A stretch of DNA of 64,000 nucleotides from positions 1,778 through 65,777 of IMG/VR virus record IMGVR_UViG_3300048575_000222, one strand, 5' to 3'. A program made the translations under genes and the position numbers. The DNA comes from a virus. Numbering within the stretch: the stretch's first letter is position 1; each line of letters starts with the position of its first letter. Under the pieces are notes generated by a model. It made no database searches. It saw nothing but the letters and a program-made list of their open reading frames with translations, and had not been told where the DNA came from. Positions 48,193-57,647 of this stretch are shown here, piece by piece.

Positions 48193-50790
48193 TCAAGTCC
48201 GATCCTGCCCCCTCCGATACCGCCACTCCCGCGGCGCCTCACGGCCGCCCTCGTCGCGGCGTCGGTACCGCTCCCAGCCATTTGCCTTGAGGTAGGCCGA
48301 GACGCGCATCTGGTCGCCTCGGGTCCAACGGGCGGGTTCGAGCCCGATGGCCTCCTCGAGGATCTCGCCGACCGACACATCTCTCAGCGGCTCCGGGCGC
48401 GGCACGCTCTCGGTGCGGGAGTTGTCGTAGTCGGGGAAGCCATCGGAGACGGTGCGGATCTCGTGCGTCAGCCAGTGTTCGATCAGGTCGTCCCAGGCGT
48501 CCGACTGGTAGCGGCGGTCCTGTTCCTCGCGGGCTTCCTCCAGCAGCGCCGGGTCGTCGATCCACCAGATTGCGCCGGCGCGGAAGCGGTGGACGGCCTC
48601 CGCCCAGAGCTGGTCCCGGTCACGCGCGAGCGCAGCGATGTCTATGGCGCCGCAGCGCAACGGCCAGAAACGACGATTGCCGGTCTCGTCGCGAAGGTAG
48701 GTGTCGGGGTTCACGGTGCCGGCAAACACGCACTGTCGGGGCACCTCGACGGTGTAGCGGCCATAGGGCGGACGGAAGCGGTCGGTGGTGCGGGTCAGGA
48801 AGGCCTTGATGCGCGAGACTTCGGCGCGACCAATGGCATCGAGTTCGGCGATCTCCACGATCCAGACGCCCTGCATGTGCAGCGCGGCGTCCTTCGACCC
48901 GAGCTCGGGCAGTTCGTCGGTGAACCATTCCTCACCGGCCAGCACCTTGATCGCCGTGGACTTGCGCGCGCCCTGCGGCCCCTCGAGGATCAGCATGTGG
49001 TCGGCCTTCACGCCGGGCCGGTAGATGCGGGCGATGGCCGAGATCAGCCAGAGCGCGCCGATGGTGTGGTTGAACGCCGTGGGCTCGGCGCCGAGACAGG
49101 CGCTCGTCCACGTCTCGATCCGGGGCGTGCCGTCCCATTTCAGGGTGTCGAGCCAGTCGCGGACGGGATGGATGCGCAGCTCGCGGGCGACGGCGCCGAC
49201 AGCGCGGCTCACGACCACCGGGGCGACGTTGATGCCGCGGAGTTGCAGCCATTCGGCGGTGCGGATGTCGTCGGCGTCCTCCCAGGGGCGCGGGAGGGGG
49301 GCGATTCCGGCGTCCCACGGCAGCGGCTGGCGCACCACGATCTCCTGCCCGAACTCATCGAAGGCGAGCACGCCGGCAAAGGCCGGATCGGAGGTCAGTG
49401 CGACGATGACGTTAGCTTCGTTTCGCTCGGGCGCACCCGCGAGGTCGAGCCGCAGGCGCCTGAACCAGGAAGGCTTCGGGATCGGCGCGTTTGGATCGCC
49501 GGTGGCGTTTACGCGGCGGCGGAGCTCGGCCAGCTGCTGCGTCAGGACCGACATGCCGATCCCGGTCGCGGACTTGATCCGCGCGATGACCTGCCGTTCG
49601 GGCAGCGGGTCGAGCCTTGCCAACGCGATGCGCCCGAGCAGCGTGGACAGGGCTTCGAACTCGGGCGGATTGGTCAGCGCCTCGGCAGCGGCGATCAGGG
49701 TCGCGGGATCGTCTGCGGAGGCGACGACGGGTGTGACCGTTTCAGGGTCGACCGTATCTCCGGCCTGCGGCTCGGCTGCGGTATCTGTCTCGTGCGCGTA
49801 ATCCTCGGCGCGAGCGCCGCGCTGCAGATCGTCGTTGAAGTCGTCGCCGTGGAGCGGCGCGACGATCTCGTTCGGGATGTCGGCCCTGTTCAAACGGTCC
49901 GAGAGCGTTGCGGCCGCCTGGCGGCCGGCGTCTCCGGCATCGGCGTAGATGGTGACGCGCCGGGCACCCTCGGGCCACTGGAACCGCGCCAGACCGTCGG
50001 CCGACAGCGCCGCCCAGACCGACATGCCGAAGAGCGCGTGCGCGGCGAGCGCCGTCTCGATCCCCTCGGCGATGCCGATTTGACCATCCTCCGGCATCGG
50101 TAACAGCCGGACCACGGCATCCTTCACGCTGCCCAGCATCTTCTTGCCCGGAGGCGCCTTGGCGCTGCCGTCGTCGAGCAGGAAGGTGCGATGGATACCC
50201 GGCGCGCGCTCCCCGCCCGGCAGCCGCAGGATCGCGATGAGGCCGGGCCAGCCACGGCAGCTGTCGAAGTCCGGCAAGTCGGGATGGAACAACAAGTCGG
50301 ACGATCCGGGATCCGACAGCCCGCGCGCGCGCAGATAGGTCTCGCCCAGCGTGCCCGCGAGTGGAACGGCCCCGTCGACGAGACGTGCGATCTCGGAAGA
50401 ATGATCCGGGCGCGCGCGCAAGGGCGCCGCCGGCGCAGGCCGCGGCGCTGGATGGACCATACCCGCGAGCCGCGCCGCCTCGTCGAAGAGCGCGCCATCG
50501 CAAAGGCCGGTCGCCTGGGCGATCAGGTCGATGGGACCGGCCCGCTCGCCGGTGGCGTAGTCGAAGCCCCAGCCGGCATAGGGCCCGTCGAGATGGATGG
50601 TGCAGGAGCCCTCCTTCCGTGGCGGGCGCCCGGAGAGGTCGGCGCAGCGCAAGGAACGACGGTCGCGCGCCAGCCGGGCCTCCGGGAAGAGCCCCGGCAG
50701 CCAGTCGGCGGCGGTGCAGGCCAGCCGCTCCTTCACCGCCGCGAGATCGTGCCGGGTCTTCGGGACCGCGATGTCGTTGAGGTCGATCAT
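48193..50790 (-). CDS. Primase-helicase: TOPRIM + VirE-family (VapE) P-loop domain
   Basis: IAEGIETAL and IYADAG TOPRIM motifs, then GPQGARKST, EIAELD and DETGNRRFWP. Confidence 0.9.
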   Translation of the reverse strand: MIDLNDIAVPKTRHDLAAVKERLACTAADWLPGLFPEARLARDRRSLRCADLSGRPPRKEGSCTIHLDGPYAGWGFDYATGERAGPIDLIAQATGLCDGALFDEAARLAGMVHPAPRPAPAAPLRARPDHSSEIARLVDGAVPLAGTLGETYLRARGLSDPGSSDLLFHPDLPDFDSCRGWPGLIAILRLPGGERAPGIHRTFLLDDGSAKAPPGKKMLGSVKDAVVRLLPMPEDGQIGIAEGIETALAAHALFGMSVWAALSADGLARFQWPEGARRVTIYADAGDAGRQAAATLSDRLNRADIPNEIVAPLHGDDFNDDLQRGARAEDYAHETDTAAEPQAGDTVDPETVTPVVASADDPATLIAAAEALTNPPEFEALSTLLGRIALARLDPLPERQVIARIKSATGIGMSVLTQQLAELRRRVNATGDPNAPIPKPSWFRRLRLDLAGAPERNEANVIVALTSDPAFAGVLAFDEFGQEIVVRQPLPWDAGIAPLPRPWEDADDIRTAEWLQLRGINVAPVVVSRAVGAVARELRIHPVRDWLDTLKWDGTPRIETWTSACLGAEPTAFNHTIGALWLISAIARIYRPGVKADHMLILEGPQGARKSTAIKVLAGEEWFTDELPELGSKDAALHMQGVWIVEIAELDAIGRAEVSRIKAFLTRTTDRFRPPYGRYTVEVPRQCVFAGTVNPDTYLRDETGNRRFWPLRCGAIDIAALARDRDQLWAEAVHRFRAGAIWWIDDPALLEEAREEQDRRYQSDAWDDLIEHWLTHEIRTVSDGFPDYDNSRTESVPRPEPLRDVSVGEILEEAIGLEPARWTRGDQMRVSAYLKANGWERYRRRDEGGREAPREWRYRRGQDRT

Positions 50791-50798
50791 CGCGCCCC

Positions 50799-52118
50799 TC
50801 AGGCCAGCAGGACGAGCCCGCGCTCGGCGCGGGTGATCGCGGTGTAGAGCCAGCGGCGCCGGTCGATCTCGCTGCGGCCCAGCCCGTCGTCCCAGACGAT
50901 CACGTTCTCCCACTGCGACCCCTGCGCCTTGTGAGCGGTGATCGCCCAGCCGAAGGTCGCCTCGGTCAACAGGCGCTTCTCCTTGTAGTCGCGGTCATGA
51001 CGCTTGTCGTCGTAGGCGACGTGGTCCTCGAAATGCCCCTTGTAGATGCGCAGCCGGCCCGGACGCCCGTCCTCATAGGGCTCGCCGATGTGGCGCCCGT
51101 CCTCGTCGTGGACGACGGCGGAGAAGTAAAGGCTGCCCTCGTCGACGATGTCCTCGAGCGTCACGAACATGCCGTTGATCAGCCCCAGATCGTTCTGGTT
51201 CTTGAGACAGATGATCTTCTCGGCCGGCCCCGTGGGTAGCCAGGTCCCGCCGAGACCGGCGGCCGCGCGCATGGCGTTGTTGATCTGCAGCCGCGTGGCG
51301 TTCAGCCCGCAAATCAGCTGGCCGCCGCGCAGCGCCTGTTCCGGCGTGATGTCGCCCTTGCGGAGCTTCGCGACATGATCGTCGTAGACGCCGAAGCCGA
51401 TGGGCCGCCCCTCCCGCGCCATGGTGGCGAGGCGGATGATCGCGCTCTCGGCCGCCTGGCGGTGGATCTCGGTCAGCATCACGTCCGGCTCGTCGCGAGT
51501 GAAGGCGCCTTCGCCCCGGATCGGCGGCAACTGGCCCGGATCTCCGAGGACGAGGATCGGCTTGCCGAAGCTCATCAGGTCGCGCGCCATTTCCTCGCCG
51601 ACCATCGACACCTCGTCGAGCACGATCAGCCGGGCGTCGGCCGCGTCGCTCTGCGGGTTCAGGGCGAAGCGCGGGTGCTTCATCGCCGAGAGCCCCTGGC
51701 GCATCGCCTCGATCGCGGCATCGGCCGTGGTGCGCGCGAACCCGGTGAGACGGAGGGCGTCGCGTTCGGCCAGCGCGATCTTTCGGGCGGCCTCCTCGAT
51801 CTCCTCCTCGGTCGACTCGATCACCGAGTAGATCAGGCTGTGAATGGTGCGCGCGGGCGTGCCCTTGCGGGTCAGCACCAGCGCGGCCTTGCCGGTGAAG
51901 GTGGCGGTGACCACGCCGGGCACGCATCGGCCGTCCCGCGCGCTGCGGTGGGGCGAGAGGCCGAGCTCGTCGAGCGCGAACTTCAGGACGGTGCTCTTGC
52001 CCGACCCGGCATAGCCGAAGAGGCGGAATACCTGCTGCTGCTCGGTTCGGGTCTCGAACCACTCCTTGATCTCGCGGATCGCGGCGGCCTGGGTGGCGGA
52101 TGGGGTGAACTCGGTCAT
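50799..52118 (-). CDS. RecD/Dda-like SF1 helicase
   Basis: GYAGSGKST, VLDEVSMV, GDPGQLPP, LTEIHRQ, TAHKAQGSQW and YTAITRA. Confidence 0.92.
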   Translation of the reverse strand: MTEFTPSATQAAAIREIKEWFETRTEQQQVFRLFGYAGSGKSTVLKFALDELGLSPHRSARDGRCVPGVVTATFTGKAALVLTRKGTPARTIHSLIYSVIESTEEEIEEAARKIALAERDALRLTGFARTTADAAIEAMRQGLSAMKHPRFALNPQSDAADARLIVLDEVSMVGEEMARDLMSFGKPILVLGDPGQLPPIRGEGAFTRDEPDVMLTEIHRQAAESAIIRLATMAREGRPIGFGVYDDHVAKLRKGDITPEQALRGGQLICGLNATRLQINNAMRAAAGLGGTWLPTGPAEKIICLKNQNDLGLINGMFVTLEDIVDEGSLYFSAVVHDEDGRHIGEPYEDGRPGRLRIYKGHFEDHVAYDDKRHDRDYKEKRLLTEATFGWAITAHKAQGSQWENVIVWDDGLGRSEIDRRRWLYTAITRAERGLVLLA

Positions 52119-52864
52119 GGCTGGGGCATCTCCACTGCGTAATCCTTGACGATCCCACCGCGGGTTGGATCGCCCACCTCGCACGGACGGACGAAGACCC
52201 GGCGCCCGTCGGCGAGCTGCCGCCAGTGACCGCGTCGGATATGCCAGCGCGGGCTGGCGTGACTGCCGCCCTGCGGCGGTGTCGCTGCCTGAAGGCGAGC
52301 GGGATCGATGGCGACCTGACGCCAGACCCAACCGCGTACGCCCTCACGGGACAGGCGGGACCGTTTCGCGAGCGACACCTTGCGGTCGCGGATGTCCGGG
52401 GTCGCGCCGAGAATGGTCAGTGCGCGCCACACGATGCCGGCGGCGACTTCGCCGTGACCGCGGACCGTCTCGTCGCTCCGCTCGGCCGGGTTGCCCTCGA
52501 TCTCCGCCTTGCCGTCCGGATGCATCCAGATCCGCACCAGGCAATCCGTCCAGCCGCGCGGCGCCCGCTGGCGCATGAGGAACGTGGCCTCGACGATGTC
52601 GCCGTCGGCGCGGGCGCAGACGATCAGGCCCGAGGGAGACGCGCGCTGCTCGCGCACCTCGAAGATCACGGACGAATGCGGCAGCCGGAGCGGACCGGTA
52701 AAGACCCGGGTCATCGCGCGGTCGACGATTTCGCCATCGAAGGCGGCCTGATCGTCGAAGAAATAGATCGGCGCGAACTCCGCCGCTCCGAGCAGGTCGG
52801 AGCACCAGAACCGCTCGCGATGCGCGCGCACGATCCGCTTGAGCTCATACGCATCGGGGATCAT
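52115..52864 (-). CDS. 249-aa hypothetical phage protein with C-terminal HIRRGHWR motif
   Basis: ATGA overlaps on both sides within the replication operon. Confidence 0.8.
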   Translation of the reverse strand: MIPDAYELKRIVRAHRERFWCSDLLGAAEFAPIYFFDDQAAFDGEIVDRAMTRVFTGPLRLPHSSVIFEVREQRASPSGLIVCARADGDIVEATFLMRQRAPRGWTDCLVRIWMHPDGKAEIEGNPAERSDETVRGHGEVAAGIVWRALTILGATPDIRDRKVSLAKRSRLSREGVRGWVWRQVAIDPARLQAATPPQGGSHASPRWHIRRGHWRQLADGRRVFVRPCEVGDPTRGGIVKDYAVEMPQP

Positions 52865-53658
52865 GGCCGCTCACTCCAGCATCTTTTCGCCCAGGCGCAG
52901 GGGGCGTGCCACTTGCCGGCCGCCATGCCGCCGCGGCAGAGGACTGCGGTGGGTTCGGCGGCGGCGCGCGGCAGCCATTCCGCGGCCTCGGAGGCCCGCA
53001 CCACGGCGACGGCGCGATCCGACATCTCCTGCGCGAGATGCGCGTCGAAGGGCACGAGCTCCGCGTGCAGCTCCATCGTGTCGCGGTTCAGCGCGGTGAA
53101 GAGCGCCGGGGCGGGCAGATCCATGTAGGCCTGATAGAGCGCGATCTGGGCGGCATAGACCGGCCGCGCGAGGCTGACGCCTCGCTTGACGACGTCCTTC
53201 CAGCTGGCCGCCCCGAGCGCCTTGTTCTCCCAGAGCGCGGGATAGTCCATCGCGACCGGGCCCGAGACGAAACAGCCGTCGATATGGCCCTTGAAGCGCC
53301 TGCCGAGCGCTTCGAACCCGAACTGGCGGCCGTCGGGGCGCTCGGTGCGCAGGTCGAAGCCAGCGATCCGGAACCAGTTCGCGACGATGTCCTCGGCCCT
53401 ATGGCCCGCCTCGAAGATGCGCAGCGTGCGCGGCGCGAACTCCTGGCCCTCGTCCTTCGGCACCGCGAGGAAGTCGTACTGGATCTGGCGCAGGCAGTCG
53501 CGGCCGAGACCCGAGGAACTGACATAGGTGCGCGGACGCTCGGCGCGGTGGCGCGCGGTCAGCGCCGTGTCGATGGCGACGGACACGGCTTCCGCGATGG
53601 GCGGACGCGGCGCGTCGGCGCCGTAGAGGAAGCCCGAGCCATGGTTCAGGTCGATCAT
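52861..53658 (-). CDS. Cas4/PD-(D/E)xK-like exonuclease
   Basis: SSGLG..C, GHIDG, LWENK, AQIALY and C-terminal C..C.W...C motifs. Confidence 0.82.
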   Translation of the reverse strand: MIDLNHGSGFLYGADAPRPPIAEAVSVAIDTALTARHRAERPRTYVSSSGLGRDCLRQIQYDFLAVPKDEGQEFAPRTLRIFEAGHRAEDIVANWFRIAGFDLRTERPDGRQFGFEALGRRFKGHIDGCFVSGPVAMDYPALWENKALGAASWKDVVKRGVSLARPVYAAQIALYQAYMDLPAPALFTALNRDTMELHAELVPFDAHLAQEMSDRAVAVVRASEAAEWLPRAAAEPTAVLCRGGMAAGKWHAPCAWAKRCWSERP

Positions 53659-53870
53659 CGCTCGCGCTCCCAGAACCCGCCGGCCTGCGCGATGCAGGTC
53701 AGCTTGTGGAACTGCGCGTCCGTCAGCCGGGCGCTCTCGCCGAAGCGCGCGAGCTTCTCGCGGAGGCTGTCGCAGAACTCGATCTCGAAGTCGGTGACGG
53801 CGTTCCCGGTGGCCGCCTCGAGCAGAGGCTTCCAGCTGCTGGACGCGGTGTCGTCGTTCAGGTCGATCAT
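53655..53870 (-). CDS. 71-aa hypothetical protein
   Basis: ATGA overlap with the exonuclease gene. MIDLND start. Confidence 0.7.
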   Translation of the reverse strand: MIDLNDDTASSSWKPLLEAATGNAVTDFEIEFCDSLREKLARFGESARLTDAQFHKLTCIAQAGGFWERER

Positions 53871-53881
53871 CGCGCGCCCCC

Positions 53882-54253
53882 TCAGAACGGAATGGGGTCG
53901 TCGAGGCCCGTGCCGGTGCGCTCCTTGCGCGCGGCCTGGTCCTGCATGCTGTCGATGTAGCCGGTGACCGCCGCCTCGATCAGGCGGTCGATGTCCTCGG
54001 CGCTGCGGTGAAAGAAGGGCTCCATGAGCCCGAGTTCGGTGAGCGCTTCGGCGAAGAGCGTCCGCGCATCGCGGATCGCACGGGCCTCGCGCGCGGTCTT
54101 GTCGATCATGCCGTTGTTCCTTTGGGCGATGGCGCTGCCCACGTCCTGACAGCGGCGCGAGCAGAAGCGGTGGTAGGGATGGCGATCCCAGCGGAGGCCG
54201 TGGCAGTAGCCGAAGCCGCGCGCCTCGCGGGCGCAGACGGCGCAGAGCGCTAC
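53882..54253 (-). CDS. DUF6511-like protein with N-terminal Cys cluster
   Basis: CAVC..FCSRRC followed by MIDKT..DDPIPF. Start uncertain; an internal ATG lies at 54109. Confidence 0.65.
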   Translation of the reverse strand, partial: VALCAVCAREARGFGYCHGLRWDRHPYHRFCSRRCQDVGSAIAQRNNGMIDKTAREARAIRDARTLFAEALTELGLMEPFFHRSAEDIDRLIEAAVTGYIDSMQDQAARKERTGTGLDDPIPF

Positions 54254-54480
54254 CCGAGCAAGAAGGTCGCGATCGGGTCCTCGGGCGGCCAGCCCGCCCT
54301 CTGGAGCTTTTCGGACTGGAGCACGATCCAGCGCGAGATCGCGTTGGTGGCCATGGCTTCGAGGTCGCCGAGGCTGAGGCTTGCGATGGGGGCGTGCAGT
54401 CTTCCTCGGGCCTCGAGCCATCGTCCGATCTCCAGCGCCGCCTCGCGCGTCACGTGCACCTGCCATTCATCCGGGGTCAT
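54250..54480 (-). CDS. 76-aa hypothetical protein
   Basis: MTPDEWQVHVTREAA.. fills the operon gap. Confidence 0.65.
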   Translation of the reverse strand: MTPDEWQVHVTREAALEIGRWLEARGRLHAPIASLSLGDLEAMATNAISRWIVLQSEKLQRAGWPPEDPIATFLLG

Positions 54481-54559
54481 CGGCCCGGCAGGATCGCGCC
54501 GGGCCTCGGGCGGCGGCGAAGGCCGGGTTGACCTCCGCCGCCGTGCTGCCGACCGCGCC

Positions 54560-55333
54560 TCACCCATTGAGCCAGGCGGGCATGCCGGTCGCCGGCGCTC
54601 CGCCCGACGCGGACGGCGGGGACGCGGGCGACTGCTGGGCGGGCGACTGCTGCGTGGGCTGCGGCGCGGGCGCCTGTGCGCCCCAGGCCGGAGCCGCCGC
54701 CGGGGCTTGCGGTTGCGCATCCCATGCCGGCGTAGGCGCCTGCCAGCCCGGCGCCGGCGCGCTCGCGGCTTTCCGCGGCGGCGCGTTGACGGGCTCCGGG
54801 GGCACGGTTTCGCCGCGCATGATCGGGCCGTGCTGCGGCTCGTCGGGCAGAACGACGTTCGCGATCCGGTTCTGGTCGCGGTATTGCGGGTTGGAGGCGG
54901 GCTCCACCATGATCCGCGCGGCGAAGACGATGCCGTCGAGATGCTTGAGCCCGGGCAGCACCCGCTTGGCCTTGGCGTCGGGGCTCTCGTCCCTGGGATC
55001 GAGCCCGAGAGCGCTGTCGACCATCGCCCGAAAGGTGGACTTGGAGATCTTCCAGCCGATCGACTGGCCCTTCTCGTCGACCTTGCCGCCCGCCACAGTG
55101 AAGCTCTGCCAGAACTTCCGCCGGGCATGTGGCCCCTCGAGGATGGTGAACTCGCAGTCCAGCATCTTCGCGTCGCTCGACTGCGAGGCCTTCAGGAGCT
55201 TCGTGTCCATCGGGGTGGCGCCGTCCACGCCGCCGGGGCGCACGGTCAGGCGGACCTTGGCGAAGGTGCCGTCGGGGATCAGCTCGCCGATGGGGGCCAT
55301 CTGCGGCTGGGCGTCGTTGAGATCGTAGCTCAT
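54560..55333 (-). CDS. Putative ssDNA-binding protein (OB-fold-like) with Pro/Ala/Gln tail
   Basis: IPDGTFAKV..LDCEFTILEGPHARRKFW, ends PAWLNG. Follows the Sak4-like ATPase. Confidence 0.65.
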   Translation of the reverse strand: MSYDLNDAQPQMAPIGELIPDGTFAKVRLTVRPGGVDGATPMDTKLLKASQSSDAKMLDCEFTILEGPHARRKFWQSFTVAGGKVDEKGQSIGWKISKSTFRAMVDSALGLDPRDESPDAKAKRVLPGLKHLDGIVFAARIMVEPASNPQYRDQNRIANVVLPDEPQHGPIMRGETVPPEPVNAPPRKAASAPAPGWQAPTPAWDAQPQAPAAAPAWGAQAPAPQPTQQSPAQQSPASPPSASGGAPATGMPAWLNG

Positions 55334-55355
55334 GGATCTGTCCTTTGCGTCTGGA

Positions 55356-56213
55356 TCAGGAAGGGGTGGCGGTGTGGGCGGGTGCACGGCCGTCGATCTT
55401 GGCGATCAGCGCGCCGAGATCGGGCGCCTCGGTCACATCGAGGCGGCCGGAGCGGTCCTTAGCGGGAACGCCCCAGGGATTGCCGGAGCGGCAGACGAGG
55501 CGGCGGTCGGCGGAGGTCTCATCCAGGGTCCAGTCGCCCTTGGCGTCGCGGCCGAAGAGTTGCATCGAGACCACCTGATCGACGATGCCCGGCAACTCGC
55601 GCCCGGCCTTGGTGCCCTCCATCTGCGGCTGCCAGGTCGCCGTGCCGAACTCGTCGGTCACCTTCTCGAGCACGCCGACGAAGATCACCGTCTTGCCGCG
55701 GGCGTGCTGCAGGTGCTTCAGCGCCTGGATCACCTCGCGGCCCAGGAGCCCGTAGGCGCCGCGGACATCGGGCTTCCCGGTCCGCTCGGAGAAGGCCTCG
55801 GGCTGCTGGCGGGCATAGGCCATGGCCTGCCGCGTCAGGTCGGTGATCGAGTCGACGAAGACGATCCGTTTCCGGGCGAGAAAGTCCTCGATGCCGGTGC
55901 CGAGATACTGCTGCTGCAGCCAGGCGTGATACTCGGCGCCGTACCAGGACTTCGGATGCTGGGCCGGATCGTGCCCGCCGATCAGTACGGCGAGGTCGCG
56001 GAAATCGGTGAAGCTGCGCACCGGGATCGAGTCCCCGCGCCAGTCCTGCACCGATTTCATGCCGGCCTCGAGGTCGAGGCAGACCGTCTCATCGGCGGGC
56101 AGGGATTTCAGGAGCGTCGTCTTGCCGACGCCGGGCGGACCGAAGATGGCGAGCGAGGTCTTGTTCTCGGCGGCCGAGAGCCGTTCGTCGGCGGTGATGA
56201 TGCGGAAGGCCAT
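55356..56213 (-). CDS. AAA_24/Sak4-like ATPase (phage recombinase)
   Basis: GPPGVGKT, LDLEAG, FVDSIT and PAKDRSG motifs. Confidence 0.85.
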   Translation of the reverse strand: MAFRIITADERLSAAENKTSLAIFGPPGVGKTTLLKSLPADETVCLDLEAGMKSVQDWRGDSIPVRSFTDFRDLAVLIGGHDPAQHPKSWYGAEYHAWLQQQYLGTGIEDFLARKRIVFVDSITDLTRQAMAYARQQPEAFSERTGKPDVRGAYGLLGREVIQALKHLQHARGKTVIFVGVLEKVTDEFGTATWQPQMEGTKAGRELPGIVDQVVSMQLFGRDAKGDWTLDETSADRRLVCRSGNPWGVPAKDRSGRLDVTEAPDLGALIAKIDGRAPAHTATPS

Positions 56214-56317
56214 GGGGTTCTCCGAAGGTTGCGTTCAGGGTGCGCGGCGGCGGGGGTGACCGGGTGCCGAAGGGGAACCTGCCCGGCGTTGCCGCTCGGG
56301 CGTCCCGCCGCCGCGCG

Positions 56318-56800
56318 TCACCGGTCTCGAACCTCGAGCCGGAAGGCGGGTTTGCCGGTGGTCTCGCTGCGCGCGTCCGCGAAGCCCTCGCGCATCGCCA
56401 CGGGCCAGGCGCCGTAGCGCCGCTCGGGGACGCGGTAGGCGATCTCGAGATACTCGGTCGGATCGTCGCCGGCGGCGCGGATGCGCTCGGCCATGGCGGC
56501 GAGCTGGTCCTGATCCCATGTGACCTTCTTCGGCAGGTCCGCGATAATCACGACACCCTCGTCCTCGACCCGCACGGTGCCGCTGGTCTTGCCTTGCGCA
56601 GCCCGTTCCGCCGCGGCGGCGGTCTCGTAGCGCCGCGCGATCCCGGCCTCGAGCCGGTCCCGCAGCCGCTTCACGCGGGCAGTCTCGGCGAGCGCTGTCG
56701 TCTGCAGATCCAGCAGCATCTCGGGCGGCAGCGCCGCGATGTCGCCTATGGCGAGACCTTCGAGATCGTCGAAGCGGGGGGCATTGTTGGGGTGCGGCAT
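56318..56800 (-). CDS. 160-aa hypothetical phage protein
   Basis: ORF in the replication operon upstream of the Sak4-like ATPase. Confidence 0.7.
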   Translation of the reverse strand: MPHPNNAPRFDDLEGLAIGDIAALPPEMLLDLQTTALAETARVKRLRDRLEAGIARRYETAAAAERAAQGKTSGTVRVEDEGVVIIADLPKKVTWDQDQLAAMAERIRAAGDDPTEYLEIAYRVPERRYGAWPVAMREGFADARSETTGKPAFRLEVRDR

Positions 56801-56835
56801 GGCGGGGTCTCCGTTGGAAGGGAATGGCAGGGCCA

Positions 56836-57189
56836 TCACGCGGCGCGCTCTTCGAGGAGCAGCGCCGAGAGCGAGGTGGCGGCGGCTTTGGGTCTCGGAC
56901 GGGCGACGGCGATGTAAGCGAAGCGATCGGGGCCCACGCGCTCCTGCACGAGGTGGACGAGGCCCTTCTCGAAGGCGCCCAGCGCGGCCTGACCGAGGTC
57001 GGCGAGCTGGCGGCGCTCGGGCTCCGGCAGGGTCGAGATCACCGGCGTGACATCGATCCCGAGAAAGCCGCGGTGATACTCGATCCGGGCGCCAGCCTCG
57101 GCCTGTGCGATCCAGGCGTAGAGCTCGACATCGGTGACCTTCGGCGTCGCCACGCGGGCGCCGATCGGGGTTGCGGCGACCATCAGCAT
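56836..57189 (-). CDS. 117-aa hypothetical protein
   Basis: YHRGFL..HLVQERVG..FAYIAV motif. Overlaps the HTH gene. Confidence 0.7.
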   Translation of the reverse strand: MLMVAATPIGARVATPKVTDVELYAWIAQAEAGARIEYHRGFLGIDVTPVISTLPEPERRQLADLGQAALGAFEKGLVHLVQERVGPDRFAYIAVARPRPKAAATSLSALLLEERAA

Positions 57190-57449
57190 ACCCGTGCGGC
57201 CCGCGCGGGGTCAGCGGTCAGCCGGCGGGGCGAATGACCGACGCGCGCGACCGCCTCGGTGATCTTCAGGGCGCGCTGAAGCTGGCTCTGCTCGAAGGCT
57301 TCGATGTCGGCGAGCCGGTAAAGCACGCGCCCGCCGAGTTTGAGGAAAGTCGGCCCCTGGCCGTTGTAGCGCCAGCGTTCCAGCGTCCGGTGGGAGATTC
57401 CCCAGCGCCGGGCCAGCTCTTTCTGGTTCAGGCAATGCCTCTGCAGCAT
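57183..57449 (-). CDS. Excisionase/AlpA-like HTH DNA-binding protein
   Basis: LNQKELARRWGISHRTLERWR..GPTFLKLGGRVLY. Confidence 0.88.
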   Translation of the reverse strand: MLQRHCLNQKELARRWGISHRTLERWRYNGQGPTFLKLGGRVLYRLADIEAFEQSQLQRALKITEAVARVGHSPRRLTADPARAARVC

Positions 57450-57647
57450 CGGTGTCTCCTCTCGTTGTCGAGGAGACCATGCGAAATTCCGCTGTGGGAT
57501 GTCGTCAGGATCAGCGGGGGATGTAGAGGGGGATCAGCTGACCCTTGCAGGACTGGCGTTTGGCCGCCGGCGGGGTGCCGTCATCCCCCACCATCCCTCA
57601 CTCGTCCCCCACCCGATCCCACGGGGAACCGGGCGGAGGGGGATCGG

